From an uncultured Polyangiaceae bacterium (GTDB taxonomy: Bacteria; Myxococcota_A; Polyangia; Polyangiales; Polyangiaceae): DNA of 64,000 bases. Below, one piece after another: positions 43,167 through 52,797 of this stretch (the stretch's first letter is position 1; every line of letters begins with the position of its first letter). The notes beneath the pieces were generated by a model. It was not told the origin of the DNA. It saw only the letters and a list, made by a program, of their open reading frames with translations, and did no database searches. The translations under genes and the position numbers were made by a program. The stretch covers positions 484 through 64,483 of the forward strand of contig CAZSVU010000005.1 of assembly GCA_964610275.1 (NCBI GenBank), read 5' to 3'.

Positions 43167-45461
43167 CTACGACAGGGACACGCCGTCGGAGCTGGTCACG
43201 AACAGCACTGCCGGTAGGCTGGGATGGCGCTGCAGGGCCGCGGCTCCCCCCTCCCGGAGCGCCTCCACTCGGGCGGCGCGGATCACCAGATCTGCGCCTG
43301 AGGAACGATCCTCGACCACGCCGTGGAAGTCTTCGCGGGAATTGAAGGGCATGAAATGGATGTTCTTCGGACTGATGGGTAGGCGGCCGTCCCCGATCAT
43401 GTCCAAGAACTGAGCGTGAGATGTGTCCACGCGCTCGCTGGGCAGCGCCGCAAACACGTGGATATTGGCGTGGCGCCAGTCGCGGTGGCCGAGCAGGACG
43501 TACGCTAGCATCACCATCAAGGTCGCATGGGACTCGTCATCCCAGGTGAGCCAGACATGCACGTTGCGCCGCTTGCCGAAGCCGGCCTCGGAGTGCCGGA
43601 ACACCAGCACGCTCTTGCCCACCGTGGCGGCAAATAGAGCGTTCTCCACCACTGAGCTGAAGACCTCGGGACTATCGCCCCGGCTGAGCTCGAGCATGAC
43701 GGCGTTGTTTTCCAGCCCCGACACCCCGGGAACTTGCAGGGCCTGAGCCAGCAGCGACCGCATGGACGGGCTGACCATCACCTCGACGTAGACCCCCGCG
43801 AGATCCTTGTCCTGCAGCTCGACCAGGCGGGCACGCAGCTCACGGCGCTGTCGCGCAGTATCCCCGTCCAAATAGCCCTTCACGTAGTGCAGGTAGGTGC
43901 CAAACCCCTGTCGCGCAGACAGCCAGCCCAGGAGCTTCATGGGCCAGTGACTGCCGGTGAACGTCCGGCCGCTCACCATGATGATGCTGGGGCGCCACCG
44001 GCCGGCACGGCGGGTGTCTTCGCGCTGGAGTCGGATGTGGAGGCGGCGCGTGAGCTGCGTCATGACTCCCCGCACCAGCGCCGCCACATCGTCTGCGTCC
44101 GCACCTGCCGGCGTGAACCGAGTAAGCCAGTAGAAGCCAGCCATGGCCACCAGAGCCAGGACCGCAAACACCGGGTCCATCTGGAACATCATGAGCAGGC
44201 AGAGCACGGCTCCCAGCAAGCTCAGATACCAGCGAGAGCGGAAGCTCGGTCGGTACCCTGGGGTTGCGGCGAAGTGCTCGAGAAAGCTCACGGAACACAG
44301 CGCACCGTAGGTCACCATGAAGAACATGGAGATCAGCCGGGCCACGAAATCGACGTCCCCTATGGTCACGATGCCAAGCGCCAGCAGTGCGGTGACGACG
44401 GTAGCAACGCGAGGCTCGTTCTCCTCGCCCACGCCGCGCGCCAACAGGCGATTGGCGGGGCCCACCAGGAACGCCTCGTCGCGCCCCAGCGCTTGCAGGG
44501 TGCGGGGCGCGACCAAGAGCGACCCAATGGCGGACGACAGCGTCGCACAAGCGAGTCCGATCGGAATGATGGGCGCCCAGAGCGCAATCCGTGACATGAC
44601 CAACTGGTCCTGGGCGAGCAACTCGGGAGGCGCGGAAATGCTGAGCTTGTAGACTAGTCCCACGTAGACCAGCATCCCGACGAGCGTGCCGAGCAGGGTC
44701 CCCAGCGGGATTGACCGGCGCGGCTTGGCCAGGTCACCGCTCAGCCCGACACCGGCCGTCATGCCGGTAAAGGCGGGGAAGCACACGGCAAACACCAGGA
44801 AGAACCCGTGCGGTTCGGCGATGCGCGCGGTCCAACGCAGGCTCTCTTCGGCCCCCTCCACGGGATGACCCAGGAAGAAAAGCACCAGCGAGGCGGCGAG
44901 GACTACTACCACCACGTACAGCGCCTTCACGCCCAGGGCTGCACCCTTGGTTAGCATGAGGAGCACCAACCCCAGTGTCACCGGGATCGACACCATCCGG
45001 GCTTGAAAGCGGATCTCAGTCAGTGACTCGAAGTGGCCGGCGAGCGGTGTGAACGCTTCGGCAAAAGCGATGCAGTAGAAGGCCACCGAGATGGCCTGCG
45101 AAAGGTAGAGGGACAGTCCAATCGCGGCGCCAATGCGCGGCCCAAAGGAGCGCGAGATGATGAAGTACTCGCCGCCTCCTTCCACCTTGCGGTTGGTGGC
45201 GATCTCGGAGATGGCCAGAGCAGTCGGGATGGTGATCACGTGTCCCAGCACGATCACGCCGAGCGAGCCGAGCAGGCCGAGGTGCCCTACCGCATAGCCG
45301 AAGCGCAGAAACATGACCGCGCCCAGGATGGTGCTGACCGCCGCGAGAAAGACCGGCAGGGTCCCGAAGCCGTGCCCTGAGTGGGCGGGACGGTCGGGTG
45401 ATCCCGCGACGCGCTGGTCGATCAGGCCCGGTCCACTCATCGAGGCGGCCTCGATGCGCAA
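43167..45461 (-). CDS. APC-superfamily permease with SLC12 (cation-chloride cotransporter)-like C-terminal domain
   Basis: 764 aa. About 12 TM helices in the first 480 aa or so, then a roughly 280-aa soluble C-terminal domain. This is the layout of bacterial SLC12-like transporters. The alternative start is 45440. Confidence 0.75.
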   Translation of the reverse strand: MRIEAASMSGPGLIDQRVAGSPDRPAHSGHGFGTLPVFLAAVSTILGAVMFLRFGYAVGHLGLLGSLGVIVLGHVITIPTALAISEIATNRKVEGGGEYFIISRSFGPRIGAAIGLSLYLSQAISVAFYCIAFAEAFTPLAGHFESLTEIRFQARMVSIPVTLGLVLLMLTKGAALGVKALYVVVVVLAASLVLFFLGHPVEGAEESLRWTARIAEPHGFFLVFAVCFPAFTGMTAGVGLSGDLAKPRRSIPLGTLLGTLVGMLVYVGLVYKLSISAPPELLAQDQLVMSRIALWAPIIPIGLACATLSSAIGSLLVAPRTLQALGRDEAFLVGPANRLLARGVGEENEPRVATVVTALLALGIVTIGDVDFVARLISMFFMVTYGALCSVSFLEHFAATPGYRPSFRSRWYLSLLGAVLCLLMMFQMDPVFAVLALVAMAGFYWLTRFTPAGADADDVAALVRGVMTQLTRRLHIRLQREDTRRAGRWRPSIIMVSGRTFTGSHWPMKLLGWLSARQGFGTYLHYVKGYLDGDTARQRRELRARLVELQDKDLAGVYVEVMVSPSMRSLLAQALQVPGVSGLENNAVMLELSRGDSPEVFSSVVENALFAATVGKSVLVFRHSEAGFGKRRNVHVWLTWDDESHATLMVMLAYVLLGHRDWRHANIHVFAALPSERVDTSHAQFLDMIGDGRLPISPKNIHFMPFNSREDFHGVVEDRSSGADLVIRAARVEALREGGAAALQRHPSLPAVLFVTSSDGVSLS

Positions 45462-45713
45462 TCAGTCTGTCTTGGCTGCATGCGATTCCCGCTCGCGTCG
45501 TCCTGCGTGAAGGTCCCGGCCTCGGGATCCCGAGGAGGTCGGCTGCCCGACTTCGACTCGGGCTGCGCGAGCATGCAGTATGGGCGTGCGGTTGGCCACC
45601 CCCCCGGGCGGCGGTGGCGGACACGTTCCCCCTTCCTGCGCGGCCGGGCCCGGGGCTTGCGGGTGCCCCTTGTCCCATTTCGCCTCGTTGCCCCCAAATG
45701 CGTCGAGACCGCC

Positions 45714-46184
45714 TCAGCCGGCGACTATCCGCTCCGCCGGGACCTCTTCGGCTACGATCGCCAGTACGGTCTCTGGCGCGTACGGCTTCTCTACCACCGC
45801 GGTCACACCGTTCTCGAACGCTCGGTCTCGCAACTGGTCCTCATCTTTGGGAATGAGCGCAATGCACGGCGGCAGACCCGAGGACTGCTCAATTGCTCCC
45901 AAGATATCCAGGACTCCCGGATTGCTACCAGAAACGCTGACCAGCACCATCGCGGGCCGGTCCAGCGAACCCAGCGCGGGATTCAGCTCGCCGAGCAACT
46001 CCGTATCCGTCACTGCCTCCCGGACGCGGTACCCGGACCCTCGCAGCGCTTCCACCAGCTGGGCGCTCGCTGCCGTATCCGGGTCGAGTAGCAGCACCAA
46101 CGGTCCCCGTTCCAGGGGAAGCGAGAAACCGATGGCTTCAGAGAGAGTAGAGGCGGGAATGGCGGGACGCGCTGGCAGGGTCAT
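45714..46184 (-). CDS. Degenerate receiver-domain protein (pseudo-receiver)
   Basis: MTLPARPA...PLVLLLDPDTAASAQLVEALRGSGYRV...PAMVLVSVSGSNPGVLDIL...CIALIPKDED...AVVEKPY. The REC fold and the Lys (EKP) are kept. By hand alignment the phospho-acceptor position is Ser rather than Asp. Confidence 0.55.
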   Translation of the reverse strand: MTLPARPAIPASTLSEAIGFSLPLERGPLVLLLDPDTAASAQLVEALRGSGYRVREAVTDTELLGELNPALGSLDRPAMVLVSVSGSNPGVLDILGAIEQSSGLPPCIALIPKDEDQLRDRAFENGVTAVVEKPYAPETVLAIVAEEVPAERIVAG

Positions 46185-46294
46185 GCCCGAGCCCCATGCA
46201 ACCGGCGTGCCCCGGCTCCGAATCCGGTTGCAGCCCTGGGTCCTCCCCAGGGGCATCTGACACCGCGCGGCTCGGTTGGGAAGGCCAGGAGAGA

Positions 46295-46597
46295 TCAGCC
46301 AGTGTCCTTCTCTTGATGAGCGCGGGCCGCTTCTTCTTCTTCTTCGATCAAGCGGTAGAGGTCTGGACCTCGGAACTCCTCCGGAAAGCCGCTTTCGTCC
46401 AACGTGTCCGATTGAGGGTCCGCGTCGTCAGCGGGTACCGGCGGGATCATCTCCTCGTAGGGGACTCTCTCTTGCACGTTGGCGTGGTTGGCCTGCGGGA
46501 TGGGGGGACTTTCGGGCGGGGCGGTCTTGTGCTTGGAGCACCCCACGGTGAGCGCTACGGCAAGGAGCGCGGCGACCGAAATGCTGTAGGTCTTCAT
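46295..46597 (-). CDS. Small acidic lipoprotein
   Basis: ATG 46597 is preceded by GGAGGTGG. The product is MKTYSISVAALLAVALTVGC (lipobox) followed by a Pro/Glu/Asp-rich 80 aa. The longer 173-aa ORF start is unlikely. Confidence 0.6.
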   Translation of the reverse strand: MKTYSISVAALLAVALTVGCSKHKTAPPESPPIPQANHANVQERVPYEEMIPPVPADDADPQSDTLDESGFPEEFRGPDLYRLIEEEEEAARAHQEKDTG

Positions 46598-46721
46598 GGT
46601 GCCACCTCCTGAAAATGGGGGCCTGGTAGGTGTCAAAGCATGAACTGCGCCACTGGCACTGGTGGCGGTGACACGAAGGGAGTGATTCAATGCATTCAAA
46701 CCTCTCTCTGGAGCTGGGTGC

Positions 46722-47846
46722 ATGAAGAGCAAGACGGGTTCGATCGGGATCCTGACCGCGGGGGGCGATTGCCCCGGACTGAACGCTTGCATTCGGGGCG
46801 TGGCCAAAGCCGCCATGCACTACGGCATGAAAGTGATTGGCATCCAGGACGGCTTTCGCGGACTAGTGGAGAACCGCACGGTGAGTCTCAACAGTGCTTC
46901 GCTGAGCGGGCTGCTCACTCAGGGCGGCACCCTGTTGGGCACCAGCCGCGACAAGCCGCACAAGATGAAGATGGGCAACAAGGTCATGAACATGACGGAG
47001 GTGGCCGTTGCCAACATGCACCACATGAATATCGACTGTCTCGTCTGCCTCGGGGGCAACGGAACTCAGAAGAACGCGCTGCGGCTCCGGCAGGCGAGTG
47101 ACGTGCCTGTCCTGACGCTACCGAAGACCATCGACAACGACGTCGCCGAAACCGAAATGACGTTCGGGTTCGATTCGGCGATGACCATCGCCACCGAGGC
47201 CATCGACCGCTTGCACACCACCGCGACCAGTCATCACCGTATCATCGTGTGCGAGATCATGGGACACGACGCGGGGTGGCTGGCGCTGGGCGCCGGCATC
47301 TCGGGCGGTGCGGACGTGATCCTGATCCCCGAGATCCCCTACGACCTCGACGTCGTGGCGCGCCACCTCATCCAGCGGCGCCATCTGGGCAAGCGGTTCT
47401 CGATCATCGCCGTGGCCGAGGGGGTTCGATCCCGACAGGAGGTGGAGAAGACGACCAAGAAGAAGGTCGACAAGAAGGTCGAGCCGCCACCTCCCGAGAA
47501 TCAGGCGCTGAACGGTCCGCATCTCGTCCGAGAGCCGGTGGCCAGCCGGATCGCAAGGGAGCTCCAGCAACTCACCCGCGTCGAGGCAAGAGTGACGTCA
47601 CTCGGGCATGTGCAGCGGGGCGGCGCACCGACGCCATTCGATCGACTGTTGTCCACCCGCCTCGGGACCAAGGCGGGGCACCTGCTGGCGCAAGGCACCT
47701 ACGACGTGATGGTCGCGCTGCAGGGCAACGCCTGTGTCCCCGTGCCTCTGGAGAAGGTGGCCGGCATCAAGCGCACCGTGCCCCCGGACCACCCGTGGAT
47801 CGAAACCGCACGGCTGGTGGAGACCTGTCTGGGCGAAGAACGATAG
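46722..47846 (+). CDS. pfkA: 6-phosphofructokinase
   Basis: GILTAGGDCPGLNACIRG, LVCLGGNGT, LPKTIDNDV, IMGHDAGWLAL, LGHVQRGG. It contains a Lys-rich insertion (…TTKKKVDKKVEPPPPEN…). Confidence 0.9.
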   Translation: MKSKTGSIGILTAGGDCPGLNACIRGVAKAAMHYGMKVIGIQDGFRGLVENRTVSLNSASLSGLLTQGGTLLGTSRDKPHKMKMGNKVMNMTEVAVANMHHMNIDCLVCLGGNGTQKNALRLRQASDVPVLTLPKTIDNDVAETEMTFGFDSAMTIATEAIDRLHTTATSHHRIIVCEIMGHDAGWLALGAGISGGADVILIPEIPYDLDVVARHLIQRRHLGKRFSIIAVAEGVRSRQEVEKTTKKKVDKKVEPPPPENQALNGPHLVREPVASRIARELQQLTRVEARVTSLGHVQRGGAPTPFDRLLSTRLGTKAGHLLAQGTYDVMVALQGNACVPVPLEKVAGIKRTVPPDHPWIETARLVETCLGEER

Positions 47847-48028
47847 CAGCGAAGTGTACTGATCGGGTGGGAGCCTGGCCACCAGGTGCGTGTCTCGCAA
47901 AGTAGATCGGCGCACGCTGCTCGGTCCTGGAGCGGGCGGCGCCCTATTCGGTGGCCGCGAGGGCTTCCAATTACCGAAATCCGGATCTAGAAGCAGGGCA
48001 GGGCAGCACGAGGGGCACGAGGAGGCAA

Positions 48029-50434
48029 ATGATGCGTTCGCTTCTGGGTCGTTGGAGCAGGTGCTTGCCGTGGTGTTACGTCGCCGCGGTCGCTTGTGGT
48101 GGTGCAGGGGGACAGCCGGCGACGCCGGTGGGCACGGCGCAGCCGTCCAGCGAGGCGTCGCAAGTTCAGCCCGCTGCGACCGGCACGCCGTTCGTCGAGC
48201 CCGAGAACATCGGCCCCACCCGTTTCCTGGTGCTGGGTCCCTTCGCCAGTTCCGCCGGCACCAACGTCCACCAGAGCTTGGACCACGACTACCTGCGTGA
48301 GGCCGGTGGCGAAGCCGCGATTCTGCTCGAAGACGGAAAGTCCCTGACACTCGCGGGGCAGACGCTAGTGGTCAAGCCGGTCGAAGCCCAGAACGCGATC
48401 GTCGACCTCGTGGCCCACTTTCACCAGGTTGCTCCCTCAGCATCGACAGAGGCCGAGAAGTCGAGCATCGACATGAATCAGAAAGTCGCCTACGCCTACG
48501 GAGAATTCGACGTCGCGGAAGCCGTGCCGGCCCTCGTGCTCTTTGGCTCGGACGATGGCGCGGTGGTGTGGCTCAACGGCGAGCGGGTGCACCGCGTTGC
48601 CGCGGACCGCGCGGTCGATCCCAACTCCGACAGCTTCGACGTCGCTCTCGCGCAGGGAAAGAACCGTGTACTGGTCAAGGTCGACAACGGCTGGGGTGGT
48701 TGGGGCTTCTCGCTTCGCATCTACGACGAAGAGGGGAAGCAGCGGATGGCGGCTCGAAAGGCTCGTCGTGAGCTCGGTGCGCTCGACCCGGGCCCGCGCG
48801 ACGACAGCTACCTGTTGGGCGATACGTTCCCAGAAATTACGTTCTGCAACGCCCCTCAGGCCGAGCAGGTGTTCGGAGAGGTCGAGCTCACGACACGCTG
48901 GTTTGGGCCCGACCGGACGCCAATCGAAGTTCCGGCCCAGGTCGGACGGTACGTTGCGCTCATCGAAGCGACGACGCGCGATGGGTTCCGCTATCGCAGA
49001 ATGCTCAGCTTCGCGAAGGTCCCCAAGGGCACGACGCCCTGGTTCCCCGTACCGCCGATGTCGGAGACCAAGCAAGTCATCCCGCTCCCCGAGAACGTCA
49101 AGCTGAACGAGGCACAACACGCGGAGCTCTCCCGCCACCTGTGGCATGGAGGACGCGAGTCGCTGTTCCGAGGTCAGTCCAGTGCAGTGGCGGCTGCGGC
49201 CCTGCATGAGTTGGCGCGGAACGCTCCTCGTGCGGACGAGCCCGCGTGGCTGAGCAGCGGCTTCGTCAGGAACGCCGAGCATCAGTTGGCACTCCGCATG
49301 AGCATCGAGGGCAGGACACCGATCCGGCTCGAACCCCCGAAGGAGATCAAGCCCAAGGCGCGCAGACTTCGCGAGGGCAAGGAAGCCGAGGCCGGGATGA
49401 AGCCGCGCACCGTGGCGCGGCTCCGAAAGCTGGCCAAGGAATGGGCCCAAGCCGACCCGAGCGGGTTTGTCGTGCTGGTGGCTCGGAAGGGCGTGGTCTT
49501 CATGCATGAGGGCTTCAACGGGTTCTCGGCAGACTCGACCTTTTTCCCGGCCAGCATTGGCAAGACCATTGCGGGCTTGACCTTTGCGCAAGCGGTGGAC
49601 CAGGGGCTGGTCAAGTTCGACCAACCCGTGGCGGGCATCCTGCCGGAGTGGAACACGCCGAAGACCAACGCAGTGACGTTCAGGCACTGCTTCAACCACG
49701 TCACCGGGCTGACCGGTCACCAGAGTCACGGCGGGTTGTTCAACGCCTACCTCGACAATGCCTTGTTGATACAGGACGCCGTGTTCACCGAGCCGGGCAC
49801 TGTGTTCTACTACAACGGAGACGGCTTCAACCTGGCCGGGCGCGCGCTGGAGCTCCTGACGGGCAAGTCCATCTTCAGGCTTCTCTACGAGCACGTGCAG
49901 AAGCCATTCGGGGAGCCGGTAACTCAGTTCGATCTCGGAGTGGGGGACAGCTACACCGCGATGTACCTGGCCAAGGTTGGGCAGACGTTCATTCAGGACG
50001 GAGCGTATGGCGCCTATCGCCTGTTCAAGCCGGGCTTCATGAAGTCGCTGTATCCTCGGCCGATTGCCGACACTGCCCCCAACCTGATCAACAAGGAAAT
50101 CGAAACGGGCATCGGGCTCACTTGGATGATCGATCCACCTGGAGATCGCGAGCAGGGCGTGCTGGGACCCAACGTGCTCGGCCACGGCTCTGGCAGCGGC
50201 ACCATGTGGCGCGTCGCGCTGGATCACGAGCTCATCATCGTGGTCGGTCGCAACAAGTTCAGCGATCAGGCGGAGAACGACCGGTGGATCACCAATTTCG
50301 CGACTGCAGTGGCCGAGCAGATCGAGCAGCCGCCGGAGAAGAAGCCGGGAAAGGGTGCCGGGAAGGCACCGCCGAAGAAGGCGGAGAAGAAGCGCGGCAA
50401 GAAGCCGGCGGCTGCGGCCAAGGGAGCCAACTGA
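48029..50434 (+). CDS. Beta-lactamase-fold serine hydrolase with large N-terminal non-catalytic region
   Basis: ATG 48029 follows GGAGG. Signal/lipobox-like YVAAVACGG. SxxK motif (FPASIGKT) and YxN (YYNGDGFN). The C-terminal tail is Lys/Pro/Ala-rich (EKKPGKGAGKAPPKKAEKKRGKKPAAAAKGAN). Confidence 0.8.
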   Translation: MMRSLLGRWSRCLPWCYVAAVACGGAGGQPATPVGTAQPSSEASQVQPAATGTPFVEPENIGPTRFLVLGPFASSAGTNVHQSLDHDYLREAGGEAAILLEDGKSLTLAGQTLVVKPVEAQNAIVDLVAHFHQVAPSASTEAEKSSIDMNQKVAYAYGEFDVAEAVPALVLFGSDDGAVVWLNGERVHRVAADRAVDPNSDSFDVALAQGKNRVLVKVDNGWGGWGFSLRIYDEEGKQRMAARKARRELGALDPGPRDDSYLLGDTFPEITFCNAPQAEQVFGEVELTTRWFGPDRTPIEVPAQVGRYVALIEATTRDGFRYRRMLSFAKVPKGTTPWFPVPPMSETKQVIPLPENVKLNEAQHAELSRHLWHGGRESLFRGQSSAVAAAALHELARNAPRADEPAWLSSGFVRNAEHQLALRMSIEGRTPIRLEPPKEIKPKARRLREGKEAEAGMKPRTVARLRKLAKEWAQADPSGFVVLVARKGVVFMHEGFNGFSADSTFFPASIGKTIAGLTFAQAVDQGLVKFDQPVAGILPEWNTPKTNAVTFRHCFNHVTGLTGHQSHGGLFNAYLDNALLIQDAVFTEPGTVFYYNGDGFNLAGRALELLTGKSIFRLLYEHVQKPFGEPVTQFDLGVGDSYTAMYLAKVGQTFIQDGAYGAYRLFKPGFMKSLYPRPIADTAPNLINKEIETGIGLTWMIDPPGDREQGVLGPNVLGHGSGSGTMWRVALDHELIIVVGRNKFSDQAENDRWITNFATAVAEQIEQPPEKKPGKGAGKAPPKKAEKKRGKKPAAAAKGAN

Positions 50435-50837
50435 TGCTTCGCCTGAAGGATACCGTCGACCCAACACTCCCCCGAGTTGACGCCCTCGCCCGCCAGCACG
50501 CGCCGACACTCTCGCCCGACTGCTGGTCCTCAAGCACGAAGCGCGCCAGGACCCTCGACGCCTGGAGACGAGAGCGGCACTGAAGTAGCCTAAGGGTCGT
50601 CGTGCGTCCGTACGACGCCACTCGGAGGAGCGATGAGTGACACTGCGCCGGCATCCGGCTCTGACGACGACCTCCTCGCCATTCGACCCGTGACGTACGA
50701 CCGGGTAAACGGTTCTCCGGAAGAGCTCCGAGCCGCCGCCACGATTCTACCCGCGAGAGTACGGTCAGGCTCCACCCCGGGTCAGTCGGAAGTCGGTGCG
50801 CGTGAATCCCAATTGGCGGCACAGAGGCCAACGCTGA

Positions 50838-52787
50838 TCAGTCCGGGGATGGGTCCGCCTCACCGCAGCACGAGGCACGTCGGAGCTCTTCGTAGTACTT
50901 CCGGAGTACATGAAATGCCTGCTTCTTCTTGCCTTGGTCGGAGACTAGGCCCTTGCGGTTCCAGTAGTCCTGAATTCTGGGTAGCGGACGTCGCGGCGAG
51001 CGGAAGTCGACCAGGATCCAGGGCGTCAGGCCGCGCAGGAACGGGATGCGTTTGAGCATTCTCACCTGCTGTTCGTACACGTTGGCTTGATACTCCTCGG
51101 TCCACCGTGTGAGCGGGTCTCCGTGCAGGCCCTGCAACGCCCCGGCCCCGAGCTCCGTGATGATGAGGGGCTTGTCGTAGCTCATCTTCCAGTTGGCCTT
51201 GCTGGCCTTGTCGGGCAGCCCGTCGTACCAGCCGAGATACTCGTTGCACCCGATCACGTCGAGCTCGGCTCCGAGTGGGTCGTCGATGAGCTGGGTGTTC
51301 TCCTCGATGGCCCGGCGCTCCAGCGCAGCGCTGACCAGCCGTGACGCGTCGAGGTGCCGAGCTGTTCGGACGAGCTTGGTCATGAAGCTCAGGCGTGCTT
51401 CCGTTCGCGGCGTCTCGTTGCCCACCGACCAGATGATCACCGAGGCGCGATTTCTGTCCCGAGTGATCATTTCGGTGAGCTGCTGTTGGGCACTGTGCAG
51501 CGTCGCCGGGTGGTCTCAGAGAATCGTCCAGTAGACCGGGATCTCCGACCAGACCAACATGCCCAGCTCATCGGCCACGCGGGTCATGTGTCGGTTGTGC
51601 GGGTAGTGGGCGAGGCGCACGAAGTTCGCGCCGAGCTCACGCGCCCACCCCAGGAGCTCGCGGGCGTCGGCTTCGCTGTGGGCACGGCCTTCTCGCAGCG
51701 GGGCCTGCTCGTGAATGGAGATGCCTCGCAAGAACACCGGCTTCTCGTTGACGAGAATGTCCTGCCCACGGACTTCCACCGTGCGGAACCCGATGCGCTC
51801 GCTGACGCGATCAGCCTGTGTCTGGAACTGGACGTCGTAGAGGCGCGGGCGCTCTGGTGCCCAGCGATCCAACTTCGCGGTCAGGGCGAACTCAGCGAAC
51901 CCACTGTCGTTCGTGCGCACGCGGGCCTTTGCCCCGACCTCGGGAATGTGGATGCTGACCTCCTGGCAGAGCTCCGGACCGTCCAGCTGCACCCACCCGA
52001 CGAGCTGGTGCTTTGCGGTTGCCTCGAGCTCAATCGAGTAGTCCCGAATGAACGTCCCGGGGACGCTCGCCAGTGATACGTCCCGCGTGAGGCCACCGTA
52101 GTTCCACCAATCCGTGTTGGTCGTCGGCACGCCCTCTCGGCGCCGCGTGTTGTCGACCTTGACGATCAAAAAGTTCTTGCCCGGGCGCAGCTGCTCCGTG
52201 ACCTCGAAGTTGAAGGGAGTGAAACCGCCCTCGTGCTCACCGAGGCTCTGACCATTGAGGGCCACCTTCGCGTCGTAGTTGGCTGCGCCGAAGTGGAGGA
52301 AGGTGCGGTGCCCGGGCTCGGGCTGATAGTCGAAGTCCGTCTTGTACCAGATGGTTCCCTCGTAGAAGAACAGCTCGCGCTTCTGAGAGTTCCAGTCCCC
52401 GGGCACCTGCAGTGACTCGCTCGCATCAAAGTCGTACTCCACCCGGTCCGACTTGGAGGTCGGCTTGGCGTTGGCAAAGTAGCTTTCTTCGATCTGCGGC
52501 TGACCGTGGTAGGTGCGGTAGCCCATCTCGTAGGGGTCGATGATGACGCGCCAGGCGCCGTTCAGGCTGAGGACCTGCCGAGCGGACACGTTCTGAATGA
52601 GGGGAACCGGTGCGACCATTGTTGTGACCCTCTCCATCGAAGGGTTGGATCGGGGTGAACCCAACTCGGGCGTCGCCGTGTGCGGAGACTGCACCGGTTG
52701 CTGGGGGCACCGTTCGCTCCCACCGCATCCGGGCGTCAGACACACGAACCACGCGAACGCTACGCAGTAGGCTCTCAAGGCAGACAC
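50838..52787 (-). pseudogene. GH2 glycosidase (beta-glucuronidase/beta-galactosidase-like) lipoprotein interrupted by one in-frame TGA
   Basis: Track ORFs 51516..52787 and 50838..51470 are in the same frame. My read across the gap is ...[46 protein letters not shown]... The stop is tca at 51516..51518 on the plus strand. GH2 motifs lie on both sides: GGFTPFNFEVT and WWNYGGLTRDV upstream, WSVGNE and IITELG downstream. GTG start; lipobox LTPGC. Confidence 0.8.
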
Positions 52788-52797
52788 CCGGAATGCC

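Noticed and set aside
47423-47433. tRNA T-loop-like GGTTCGATCCC
   Set aside because: The flanking bases cannot form a 5-bp T-stem, and no acceptor or anticodon arms are present. It lies inside the well-supported pfk coding frame.
51516-51518. In-frame TGA of the GH2 gene as a selenocysteine codon
   Set aside because: The position aligns, from memory of GH2 homologues, with a structural Trp rather than a redox Cys. I saw no obvious SECIS-like hairpin immediately downstream, and no selenoprotein logic applies to a glycosidase. A nonsense mutation or a sequencing error is far more likely.
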